The position numbers were made by a program, and so were the translations under genes. A model generated the notes under the pieces. The model was not told where the DNA came from. It saw nothing but the letters and a program-made list of their open reading frames with translations, and searched no databases. A stretch of 64,000 nt of DNA, from contig NMRA01000736.1 in the NCBI GenBank assembly GCA_002633005.1, positions 102,246-166,245 of the forward strand, in the 5' to 3' direction. Positions 13,001 through 24,639 of this stretch are shown one piece after another; the first letter of the stretch is position 1, and each line of letters begins with the position of its first letter. Source of the stretch: Phoronis australis (lineage: Eukaryota; Animalia; Phoronida).

Positions 13001-14102
13001 GAGGGAGGCATAATGTATTTACGACTTGCCGTATTCACAAAAGAAAGCAGTAACCTCATGTTGTTACGCAATGTGTCGCTTTAGCCGCACTTTCTCTGTG
13101 AAACGTTGATTGCAGGTACGACACTGAATATTGTCTTGTCTCCTGAGCACAATGCTTCATGTTGTGAGTTCTTGTACCTATTGAAATACTTTTTGCCACA
13201 TGAAACACATGAAAATGCTTTGTAGTTTGCGTGCTGACTCATGTGATCTTGAAACTTTGTTTGTCTCAGGAACACTTCCCCACAGTCAGTCATTGGGCAG
13301 GTGAACGTCTTGGTTGCAGTCGTGTCACAATGCTTCGTTGCCATCTGGTCAAGCAGTGTTGATGTTTTAATAAACGAAGCTCCACGAGTCACAAATAGTC
13401 CTTAGTCACGTGCACTAGTTCTCCTTTTGGAGGAGACGTTAACAAGCAAAAAGACTCATCTTGTGGCAGAAGTTCAACTGAAAAATATCAAAAGCATTTC
13501 AGTTATACTTGTTAGGTTAAATCTCACAAAAATCATGAAAAACAGTGAAGTAAAATAAACAATCAACCCATCGTCTATTTCAGGGTACGTATTAAGTGTA
13601 AAATTGACATAACACCGTAACTTGAACGAGTATACAGGCCAGTGCAGAGAAAAAAGAATGTGCGTTCACGATCGCCGTCTCACACAAGGACCAGCTTGTA
13701 TTCGTACATACATGTATCCCGAATTGTTTCACAAAACATAACGAAAGATGTCACCTGGGGCAATGAAGCTCTAAACGTCAGACTTCTTTACTTTAGAACC
13801 CTAAAAGTGCTAAAAACAAGTAAAACTTGTCGACTTTACGACGAGCAAGGCTTTTTATCGGAAACCATTACCCTCTGGGCCCTTTATTTGATAAAATAAG
13901 CAAAAACTAAGCATCATTTCAGATCGGCAACAAAGGCTAAGCTCTGACGCTTTTCTTTGTGTCGCACTCGTACCAAAATAACCACTATTTAAGAAGAAAA
14001 TGACACTAAAACTCAGAGAGTACATCGCTGTCGTTTGCCATTTTTTAGCAAAGTCTCGTTCTCGATCGCTTTCCGGTCGTTCCCGATCGCGGGTTGGCCG
14101 GG
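10091..14102. mobile_element. ~4-kb DNA transposon with ~50-bp TIRs and CCCGGCCAAC termini (CMC/EnSpm-like), non-autonomous or decayed
   Basis: Left end cccggccaacccgcgatcgagaacgaccagaaggcgatcgagaacga matches the reverse complement of 14055-14102 (cccggccaacccgcgatcgggaacgaccggaaagcgatcgagaacga). AT flanks both sides, although the left side has 3 extra C. Confidence 0.85.
12959..13392 (-). pseudogene. Decayed C2H2 zinc-finger array (4 fingers) inside the TIR element
   Basis: Fingers CPMTDC..F.....F..HMSQH and CVSC...Y.......HEALC are in the ORF. After a frameshift come CRTCNQRFTEKVRLKRHIA*QH and CEYGKS*IHYASLCRHKKQKLH. There are two in-frame stops and one frameshift. Confidence 0.8.
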
Positions 14103-14569
14103 ATGGACATTATTCATATCTAACAGGGCGATCGATTTGGCAATAAGCGTGATGAAATAACTATTTTTGACAGAAGTGTTGTCAACAAACCCCGATGCTA
14201 AGAGAGGTTAGGATTGATTCAAGCCTAGCAGTTTGTTGTCACAATGACGACCTCAGGTGCTGTCCGTAGCGCAAAGTTGCTGTTAGGAGAAAAAGCGAGA
14301 TCACTTAAAACCCCGTCACGCCGGTGAAGGGTGTTTCGCCAGTAGCTCCTGAAATTCCTAGTGCGTGAATTAGCAAAATGATCGCCACAGTATCGAGTGG
14401 ACAGTCAGACTGGACTGTTGATTTATGGGAGAACACTCAAGTCTTTCCACGTTCCAAAATCGAAAATTTGTCTTGCGCTCCCAGAATATGTCACTTATCC
14501 AGCAAAAGGCATACTACATGTATGTCGCGCGAACAGAAAATCAACATGGCAACACGCGTGCCGGTTCAT

Positions 14570-14978
14570 GTGGCCGGCTGCATGAAACAGTCCCAAATAG
14601 GGACTCAACTAAGGTCCTCAAGTCTGTTTGTGTATTTGTGTCTTTATGGACTCACAGATGCAATATTTTTCTATCATTTCATCTTTATTATGAGCTCCTC
14701 TTTGATAATGACATTCTCTAAAAACTGAGTTCATTGAAAATAAATAGAGGACTCACTCCTTAAATTGGGGGTGTTGCATGAACAGGTCCTTAATTATTTT
14801 CGATAATAAAAATAATTCAACGTAGAGTTCACTCTCGATTTGTATCAATGTCAAAAGGTAATGAAACTAAAACGATAAAAGTAAGGGCAATCGGTGTTTC
14901 CACAAGTCCAAAAGTTCGCAGTAGATTTAGGGAACTTAGTTGAGTCCCTATTCGGGACTGTTTCATGCAACCGGGCAC
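14570..14978. mobile_element. MITE with ~55-bp TIRs (PIF/Harbinger-like)
   Basis: gtggccggctgcatgaaacagtcccaaatagggactcaactaag versus the reverse complement gtgcccggttgcatgaaacagtcccgaatagggactcaactaag. Confidence 0.8.
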
Positions 14979-15559
14979 TGGAGTCCGCTGCGTGCTCCAG
15001 CAGCCGAAATGAGACATGCGCGCATGATACGTGTATAGTGCACCGATTTTGCCAGTGCACGTCTGAAAAGATATCTTATATGTGTAATGAAAATACACCT
15101 CAACGCTTGCCTACGTAATAAATGGTCATGCCTATAAGCTTTCCTACACTGTTCAAATTCGGGATTAGTGCACTGGGGGCCGCTAGTGTACAACTGACCG
15201 TTATTTACATTCACATGTCACAAGAAATCTTCGTCTGACAGAATGATGACCAAATTGACTTATGGCCAGTTGAGTACTTACTGTGAGTTTCCGTAACTTG
15301 CAGTGCCACTTGACCGAAGTGCCCTTCGACTTCTCAGTAACCGCGGCAGGCAAAATCACTGAAGACAGACAGTTTGTCACGCGTTACAAAAATTCAAGCT
15401 AATCCAATAGTAGGTACTTCTAACAATGGACTAAACTTCGCAATCCAAGCAAACCCAAGTTTAATTAGGCTATTTTAGACATTCTATGCCTTGACCTGTG
15501 GAAAAGGTTATTAGTAGCACTTTGCTTCAGGACACCAATTGTGATGTTAACATGACGGC

Positions 15560-16057
15560 GTTCTGTCGTTCAGCAACTTTGCCAGATGTGAGGAGTTCTG
15601 AACGTGCGATAACATCTGGCTCCTTTGTGAATTGTCCAACTCAGTCTTTTGTCCCGTATGACAACAAGTAGGCCAATTATCTCCCAGGCTTCAAAAGGTT
15701 ACTGAAACCTGGCAAATGCATTGTCTTAACTTGTGTTGTACTAGCTGGGCGATTTTGGTGATTCAAAAAACTAAACATGATCAGCATTTGACAAGGAATT
15801 CAAAAATGCTATTGGTTTGGTTTGAGTTCAAATATGTTATAACTTAACTTTCATTTTTAGCAGTACAGCCCAGTCAGGCTACATACAATCTGGTCGTAGA
15901 TTAGAGCAATTATCGAACAAATGAAAGCCGGCCCTCCAACCATAAATGCCAGAATGGAGTTAATCAGTCGTGTAATTGGCTCCAGGGGTGATCTTCCAAC
16001 TTGCTGTTGTGCTATAGAATCGAACAAGTTGGGAGCAACGGGAAAACGCCGTAATGC
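15560..16057 (-). repeat. Dispersed repeat, copy 1; probable ancient CR1/L2-type LINE endonuclease remnant
   Basis: Aligns co-linearly with 52790-53317. The minus strand shows degenerate APE motifs LPNLFDSI, DQIVCSLTG and LSNADHV. Confidence 0.6.
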
Positions 16058-19000
16058 TACCTAACTAAATAACGAGTTAATAAACTTCCACTAATTTTCC
16101 CCACAAATGCAAAAATGTCTGGTACTAGACACAAATTTACTTTTATAATACTTTCTCCTGCAATTGAACTCATAGGCCTACTGACCACTGTGCACTTTTG
16201 TTTTATTGACTTCGACCGTGACTCACTGATAAATTCCCCTCATTTACATGACGTCACAAAACTACATGGTCCCGGACTAATTGTTGACATGTTCCGTTCT
16301 ACTTGAACTCACAAACACAAGATCAGTGTGTACATGTATAATTCTGTGCTCGAGTATGTTATGGTTCGCGCGGAACACTTTATCATGTGGAGAATTTCTC
16401 GCTTACATGTACACAGGTCACCGCTCTGAGTCCCTAAGCCTCAGACAACTTTGACGATCCCTATTCAGCACGTCCTTTGCATTGATGTAGATCTGAGCTA
16501 ATGAAGTGGAAAGGTAACAGCTAGCACTACTTTCTTAACAATGGTAGTCGATATTACACGGAAATTGTTTTTCTCTGGCATTTGCACAGAGTTAAAGCCT
16601 GCAATATGGAGGACAGCCGTTTTAACTTGGTACATTTTAAATATGTCAAAAAGATTAAAAAGTTAATTTGCGTTGATCTTGACAAAGGGCGAATTCCCGA
16701 AGGAACGTTGGTTTTAAATATGTTTCATACCTGTTATCATTACTTTATTTTAATACTCCTGTCTACTTGTTTTTCTTTCTTACCGGTTAGGGTTGGTATC
16801 TTTTTGTTTTGTGTTTAACCGAAGCATCAAAACAACTTAAAAGTCAGTTAATTGTGAACCAGCCCCTGAATTTTCCAGCTACAACAAACATGTCACAGCA
16901 AACAAAACTCCACGTGTCATTAGTTCAAGTTCAATCTTCATTAGAACTCAAATCATGAAATATATACAAATGTGATAGCCAAACTGAAGATCTGGAACCT
17001 CTGGACAATTTTGGTTGCAGTAACTACACAACTATTCTAGCTTTTCCTCAGTCATAAAAATGAAATCACAGCTCTTGCCTACCGACCAACCGCATCCACT
17101 GCTTGCACTCTCTCGAAATTGGAGCACTTCCGCGAATAGCAGTTTTCGTGTTGGAGTACTACTCCTGGATTAAAGTAGTTCGGCATGCACTAGTCCATAA
17201 GCGATGTTTTAAAAATTATCGATCTCTAAATTAGTCACTGTGTGTTGTTCACTGATGTTTCAATGTAGCTTAGTTGTACAACTGTATATTAAAGTAATCC
17301 ACGTGATACTCTTACATGTAACTCTGATCAGCGTTTGTAAATTACTGGGTATATCAATACGCACAGTCGTTTATCTTAAATCAAACCCAATATTTGTAGT
17401 TTTTAGCTTATTAGTTCATCGATTTTCAAAAATCGAAAAAAACTTGGTTGTTTTTTCCATCTGAATACAGCTGTGGTATTTGTATTTAACGAAAACTGAT
17501 TGTTAGATGCATTTTGAAAATTCGCCAGTATGTACAGGCGGAGGTGTTCACTACATTTTATGGTCGAGTAATTACACGTAATTGGGTGAAAAGTCACTCA
17601 TATCTTTAGAAATGCGTGACTTTCGTGTAAGCGTATTATTCACGGCATGATAATCACAGTTTGCACTTGGTGACCCCAGCGTTAAAGCAACCGGCATAAG
17701 TTTGTTTTTACTGTGTGTAGCTCAAATATAGGGATCGTCTGTGTAAACCATAATGTTCTCGGCCGTATTTTTTTCTAAAAAAATCACAAAAACCAAAAAC
17801 ACTTTACTGTTTTATAGCTTTGATCATAGCTTATGACTTCAAAAAGTTCACCCCAGCGACAATATCCCTTTAAGGTTACGCGTCTGTGTTAATCGTTCAG
17901 AGTTTTAAAGCAAAACTATTTTCGCGCTGTTTTTACGCTGCCAACTCGCTGAAAATAGAATGCAGCTGAATCGTGTGCACATGTCGACCAAAGAAGAGTA
18001 CGGCAATGCACGTGAGAACCTGTTTGCAATATGTGAATGGAACTATTCACCTATATTGGAAGATTCAGATACCGGGGGTACATGTATAGGGGCGTCCAAG
18101 TAAATTTATTTTTGACTGGAATATTAACACAGTTGGGAAATTCCTGTCAACCACTAGTTGTCAATCCTGGTTGTACATGTAAAATCTGAAACACGCCCGT
18201 TGAGCCAGGTGAACCAGCAAATGCATGTACACTTACATCTGATTAGTTTGTCGTCATGGGGAAACCAATCAAATGTTCTTATCAATTCTGGGGAGTGGAT
18301 CGGTTGCAGCAAATGAACAAGGTCCACACGTGACGTAAAATTAACACTTGCGGCAGATTTCACGTGAATTTTTACTTCGATGATTGTATCAATTCGTGCA
18401 GTAAACTTTTACACTATATGGCATCAATTTGACATCGATAAGCGCGGAAGCTTGTCTCGATCTTTTTAGCGGGCGCATATTACCTCTTTCACTATATAAT
18501 AAAGGGATGTTCACCTGTACATGTACACCAGCTTCCGTCCAGCCGCAATTATGCCTTCTAGAAGTTTCAAAAGGTTTTCAATCTCGATACAGCGTGACGT
18601 GCTTGTCGATTGCTAGCTACTCTGCGATTCCACTGTCAATGAATGACTCCAGTCGAAGGTCGGCAGTAGCTAATCACAGTGTCTAAGTACAAGAGCGTCA
18701 CGCAGTGGCGAGACTAAGAACATCGCGACACTTTTAGAAGGTATAATTATAGCTACATGTAGATAGAATGTATAAGGTATCTCTCTTATTACAAGAATAG
18801 AACAGTGAGCTATGTTATCAAAATCCAGATAACCTCCAAGTCGATGAAAGTCACTGGATAGTTTCCGTAACCTGTGCGAATGCACATAACGGAGGGAGTC
18901 AAATGTCCTCACTGCTTGACAAGTCTAGTGACAAGGGCATCTTTGATGTCCAACAAACTTTCGGAAAATACACTGCTGTTTGAATCTGTATTTCATCACA

Positions 19001-20189
19001 TGCAATATGTGATTCGGAAACAAAACATGTTCGGGTCAGAGCTTGATTACACAAACAATGCGTGTCAGGCCAGCGTCGTAATTCACTTGTCTAGAGAGCT
19101 GTATAAACTGACCACATTTTGCTTTTTGAATTTGATTACAAAAAATACCACTCCTTGTAGTCGCACGTGTATTTTCAACCCAATTATGGGTTTCGAAGTG
19201 CTACAAGCTTCGATGGAAATGGACGAAGGCAAATAGGTTTATTCAAATTTATCATGTCATGATCGCTAACACGGTTTTCGTTTCAGTGATTGTTATATTA
19301 GTTTAAATATGGAAGTAATTTACTCCGGAATTTATCTCGCTGAGGTTTGGTTAGTTGCGCGCCAATGCTGGCAACGAATGCCCTTGTCATCGTTATCAGC
19401 ATTTTTGTTAAGCTCGAACAATTATCCCGGTTTTATAGTTACGTAAATCCTTATTTGATACAGTACATGTACATAATATCTTGTCAAGTGAATCCTATAA
19501 GAAAACTATTTGCCGATTTTTTCAGAAACGTCTGCAATTTTTGCCATTTTTGAATTCGGACATCTCGAATGCATTACGCTGCATTGCGCAGTGAATGGTA
19601 AGGGGTAAAAATATTCCACGAACCATCTTCGATTTTTCAAACCTTTCGTAAAGACAGAGATCGTGTAACTTCGCCCTATAGTTTACAAAACAGCCACAGG
19701 CTTCGCATACCGAAGTCAGCCATTACAGGAATGTCAAAAACAAAAACAGCACAGCTGTTCAGCATGGTAGGGAGCTATGGATGACACAGTGTTCACAGAA
19801 ACATCCCATTACCATTTCCTAATGTTGCAGCATTGTGATGAATTTCTTATGATTTCCATAAGTTGAACTTAGTGAATCATGAAAACAATCTTAAGAACTT
19901 TTCTTAAGATTATTTCCGTGAGTCACTTTGTTCAGTTGCACAACATTGCTGTCCTGGTCATACCTATATCAAGCAGCCCATGTAAACAAGAGCGACACGG
20001 AGCGTTGAAATGTGCCCACGAATGCATCTCAAATAGTGTGCTTTTAGGGTTGCTTATTTGTGTCATAATCATGGCCACTTGATGGCGCAAAAACATACAA
20101 TTCATCCGAAAACAGGAACATGTCATTGCTTCTTTAATAGAAAGAGATATCCCAAATTTCATAGAATTCGTCAGGTAACTTCAGAGAAA

Positions 20190-21710
20190 CAAAGGTAAAC
20201 AGAATAAAATGAAATTGCCACAAGGGGGCACAGTCTTCATTGGATCCGCCTGAAAGTCGTCGTCGTCTGTTGTTATCATCATATAAATACACTGGCTAAA
20301 TTTAATAAAGGTCCTGCAGTGCAGCTATGGAGGCAAAACAAAAAATACCACTAGGTGGCGCCAGAGTAGTCAAACTCGTCATCATCAACCGTCCTCTTCA
20401 TAGTAAGAACACAGATGCCAATTTTCACAATCTTCGATTGATGGAGGGACGGACGCCAAAAAGAGACTCGAAAACGGAAAAAGTGAACACTAGCTGGCGC
20501 AAAGTTCCTTGATTCCATACAGAAATGGGAGGATAGCGTCATCTCACCAGAAGATGCCTGTATTCAAAATATTATGAAAATCTGTTGAGGACCTTTGAAG
20601 ATACAGATGTAAACGTAAAATTAAAATTGCCACCAGGGGGCACACCAGTAGTCAGATCCATCACAAAATCATCGTTGTCAGTTGTAAACATCACATAAAC
20701 ACACTTCTTAAATTCAGTTTAGGAGATACAGCCATGGGGGGGCAAAAAAGAAACTGCCACTAGGAGGCGCCACAGTAGTCGAAGTCATTGGAAAATCATC
20801 ATCCGCCCTCCACTAAATAGTAAAAACATGTATGCCAATTTTCACAATTATCGTTCAAGCGCTTTGGTTGATAGAGGGGTGAACGCCAAAAACAGACTAG
20901 ATTACAGTAAAAATGGCTATTAGGTGGCGCAAACTAGGTTGAATCCATTTAAAAACAGAAAGATAACGTCACCTCACTAACAGAAGCTTCTACGACAAAT
21001 TTTATGAGGACCTTTGAAGAAACAGAGGTAAACGTAAAAAAAATAAAATTGCCACTAGGTGCCACACCAGTTGTCAGATCTGTCCGAAAGTCGTCGTCGT
21101 CCTTTGTCAACATCATCTAAATGCTGCAAACGGTTTAGGAGAAATAGCCATAAGCGTAAAAAGAACAAAATTGCCACAAGGAGGCGCCACAACAGTCGAA
21201 TTCATCGGAAAATCATCGTCAACCGTCCTCTTTATAGTAAGAACATACATGTCAATTTTCACATTCATGCTTAAAGCGGTTTGGTTGATAGAGGGGTGGA
21301 CGTCAAAAACAGACTCGAAAACATTAACACTTGCCACTGGTGGCGCAAATTACGTCGTGTCCATCCGAAAACGGGAAGATTCCGTTGTCTCGCTAATAGT
21401 GCCTATATATGAAATTTTATGAAAATACGTTGAGGACCTTGGAAGGAACAGAGGTAAATGTAAAAATGAAATTGCCACTAGGGGGCACACCGGTAGTCGG
21501 TTCCCTCCGAAAGTTTGCACATGCCGTCCCATCTGCATAAAAGGAACATTTTTTGCAAAATTTCATGAACATATGGTTTTGGAGATAGAGCAGCAGACGC
21601 AGGACGCCGGACGGACGCTGCCCGGACGTATGGACCGACAGGCCGACGCACGGACGGACGGATGGACGCAGATGACGGCATAATGCATCCACATATAAAT
21701 ATGGTATCTA
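20190..21710 (+). repeat. Tandem array (10 x ~140-bp monomers, ~420-bp 3-mer higher-order repeat) followed by a (GACG)n-rich tract and hairpin; HINE/Helentron/pearl-like element
   Basis: Equivalent monomers start at ~20213, 20625, 21046 and 21469. A ggacggacg microsatellite occupies 21595-21675, followed by a short terminal palindrome near 21690-21705. Confidence 0.8.
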
Positions 21711-21715
21711 CAACC

Positions 21716-21976
21716 CTGTTTCGTATTGGACTTAAGAAAGCAAAACTATTTCTGTACACAACTGACAATGAGTTTGATCATATTTGTTGTAGGCCAAAAT
21801 AGAAGAGACAATGACTTTATTATGACGTAGATGTGCCATACAGTGAAAGCTTTGTTGAGCAAACTATTCCACGGTTGCCTATACTTTACTTTCAGAAATT
21901 TCTTGAATGGCTCGTGGACGAAGTTGAGGCTATGAGAATTGACTTTTGCAAAGCATTTACTGACTTCATTGCTTGA
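21716..21976 (+). pseudogene. Possible YqaJ/lambda-exonuclease C-terminal remnant (second ISL2EU gene), convergent with the transposase
   Basis: Plus-strand fragments LFRIGLKKAKLFLYTTDNE and VDVPYSESFVEQTIPRL..LYFQKFLEWL resemble the C-terminus of transposon YqaJ proteins. The convergent layout fits ISL2EU. Confidence 0.45.
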
Positions 21977-22149
21977 AGTACTCTGGATATTTTTCCAAGC
22001 TTGCCATCTTTGAATCAAATATTATAATATATCCATGCTTTGCTTCAAATACACCTGTGGTATAAATTGTAACTTCTCAACTTGTATACCAAAGGAAATA
22101 GGAATGGGCAACATGAAAACTCTGGTAGTTAGTCCGGTGTCTTCCAAAT

Positions 22150-22600
22150 TTTGATCTCTGATCAGATCAGCAAGTAGGTTCATAAGCCCAGCACAGACAA
22201 TCAAGTAGTTATTCACTGATATTGTGCTTGACACTGGAATACTGGTACTCAAAATTTTGAAAACTTTTAAGTCTCTGTATTGCTCACTCCAAATAGATTC
22301 TTACAGATCTTTTGACTAAGGTGTGACTTGCATTTGGTGAAAGTTGGTGTGTTTAACTTAACTCGTTTTCGAAACAGAGGGTCATCAATAGTAAAACCTC
22401 TTTCTGCCATAACTTTGTCTTTGGGTAAAAGGTATTCCATAAATCCAGATAATTCAGCAATGTGTTTGTCACTACACCTGCCCCCCGAATGCTTTAAATT
22501 CGTACACGGTGTACCCATTTGGTGCAATTGCAACCATATACATGTACTTTGCAGTATTGTGTGATTTGTACTGGCTATAGGTTTCACCCCCTATCAGCTG
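22150..22600 (-). pseudogene. ISL2EU/Harbinger-type DDE_Tnp_4 transposase C-terminal remnant
   Basis: Frameshifted motifs ETYSQYKSHNTAKY..VAIAPNG, GGRCSDKHIAELSGFMEYLLPKDKVMAERGFTI and IPVS...NYLIVCAGLMNL. Confidence 0.85.
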
Positions 22601-22619
22601 ATCTGCTACCAAATACAAA

Positions 22620-23620
22620 ACACAAGCAAGCACACCACCCCAGAAGGCTTGTTTTACAGACAGACTGTACTGACTCCAGTGCTTGACATGCCTGTAATGG
22701 GGTGACCTCAATATGGCGCTCCCCAGGAATTCGGCTGTTTCCGTAATGGAATTTGTCTGTACAGTAAGCTCTTAATTTGCGCTGAGCGATACCACACCAC
22801 TTAACTTGTATTCCTGGGGTAGGTAGATTACGTGCGATTTTGAAACGTTTCAATGACACACTTGAGCCAGTAGATTAGCAATTCGGTCAATGAAGTATAA
22901 ACAATTTACGCTTCCAACATACTTGAGAACAATGGCCAACTGTTCTCGCGTTCCGCTGCATGAAACTCGTGGCATCTGACACACAGGAAGGTGGGGGGTG
23001 GTCAACAATTGGTCGGACTTCAAAACCAACTGGCTGGACTGCAAAACTCTATGACCGGTGTTCTAACTTGGTGGTCGCGGGAACTCAACACGCGATGTCC
23101 GTTACCTCAAAACCAGATGACACACCCAAAAACTGGTCGGCTGTTCCTAAAATGGATTGGCAGGTGCTTTAAAGCAATGGCCAAAAAATCACCGACCAAT
23201 TGGTTGTACATGTAACACCGGCCATCGTAGTTTTGGTCCAGCCAATTTACATGTAGTTTTTTGGGTGAGGACATCGCATTGTGAAGTTTTGACAACTCGT
23301 TCTTTACCTGCCATTTGGTTTTGCAGTCGAGCCGACTCTGGTTTTGAAGCACGGGCAGAGCAACCAAGGTGTGGATGCATGAACGAGGACTTCCCAAAAA
23401 CAAAGTACCCGCGAGGGCTCTTCCAGAAACGAGAAATGTCAAAGCACCCCCGTCCCCTTGTGATTATCCAATATCAGAAAATGATTTTTATCCTGATACT
23501 AGAGAAGCAAAATTTTGATATCATATGCGGCATCGGGTATTTCCGAAAGAGGTCCCACCACCAGGAAAAGGCCCCGTGAAATCTCTTTCGGGATCGTTCC
23601 GCGTGTGTAATGCACGTGGC
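22620..23620 (-). mobile_element. Degenerate LINE (CR1/L2-like) ORF2 endonuclease region
   Basis: Motif order on the minus strand is RGRGALTFLVS (GGGV-like), NQLVGDF (GDFN-like), LKSDQ (SDH-like), with many stops and frameshifts. Confidence 0.45.
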
Positions 23621-24639
23621 AAATGTACTTGATCTCTGTAAAGAATCCTAGTAAGTTGAACACTTACTAAAAAAATCTAAGTTTAACTTGTCTTACGAGA
23701 CAATCTGCCTGCAAAGTATAACTTCCTGTCAAAAGTTACCCGTTCAAGCCCCATACATATACATGTAGCTAAATGGGGGCACCATCGATGGGCAATAGAT
23801 GTTCCTAAAGAATCTCACACCCATTTTCCGAAAGACTTCCTCTGGCTCTTTTGGACGAATTGGGGCAATGGGATTTTTTACAATTTATTTATAAACATCA
23901 GTGAATGATACGGAAGCTAGCCATTTTTATACAAGTTTCGCTAAAAAATCAAATTTTCAAGTTTAATCCCGCACGTGTCATGCTTTTGCATGTAGAAGGC
24001 GACAACCGTTGGAGACTACGAACCAATGCAGTGCACTTAAAGATACTATATCCGTTTCATTTTAGTTTAGACCTTATAAAACGGTTTTCAACGCAAGTCA
24101 ATTCAGCCTACGCTTTTAGCCGAAATAATGCTCATGAAACACAACTCCAAACATTTTTGAACTTAACCGAATTTAATATCAGTTCATTAGTTTAATAATT
24201 TTTAGTGGCGCACAAAAACCTAATATGGACACCGTGCTGAGTGACAGCTGACTAATGCATGATGGGAAGTCACTCAACTGCCGTAACAACTCGGTTTCCG
24301 CGGAATCCCCGCCCACATTTTAAATCCTTAATAGAAGCAAACACGAACAGGACTGAAAGTTTAAAAGTGTTCATATACAAATTATGTACTGACGAAACTT
24401 ATCATGTGTTTTAAATTGATGGATGTAAAGGAAATAGTGTCTTTAAACGGTGGACATACAAAATCTATAAAGTGTTTTCAACAGTTTTAAATTGGTTCTC
24501 GGTCCAAAGTCGGTGGGTAGTTAGACAGAATCAGAATTGTGCACCTGAAAGCTGCACTCAGTACTTTCCAGATGCTCGACACGCCGTTTTGTTACAAATA
24601 CCTCAAAATAAATAAGGTAATTATTCGTATCAAAAAGGA

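Noticed and set aside
18874-19236. 120-aa ORF
   Set aside because: It has a non-ATG start, no motif and no supporting splice structure.
20190-21500. CRISPR-like repeat-spacer array
   Set aside because: The sequences between the conserved motifs are themselves homologous (a 3-mer repeat), the units are ~140 bp, the context is eukaryotic and there are no cas genes.
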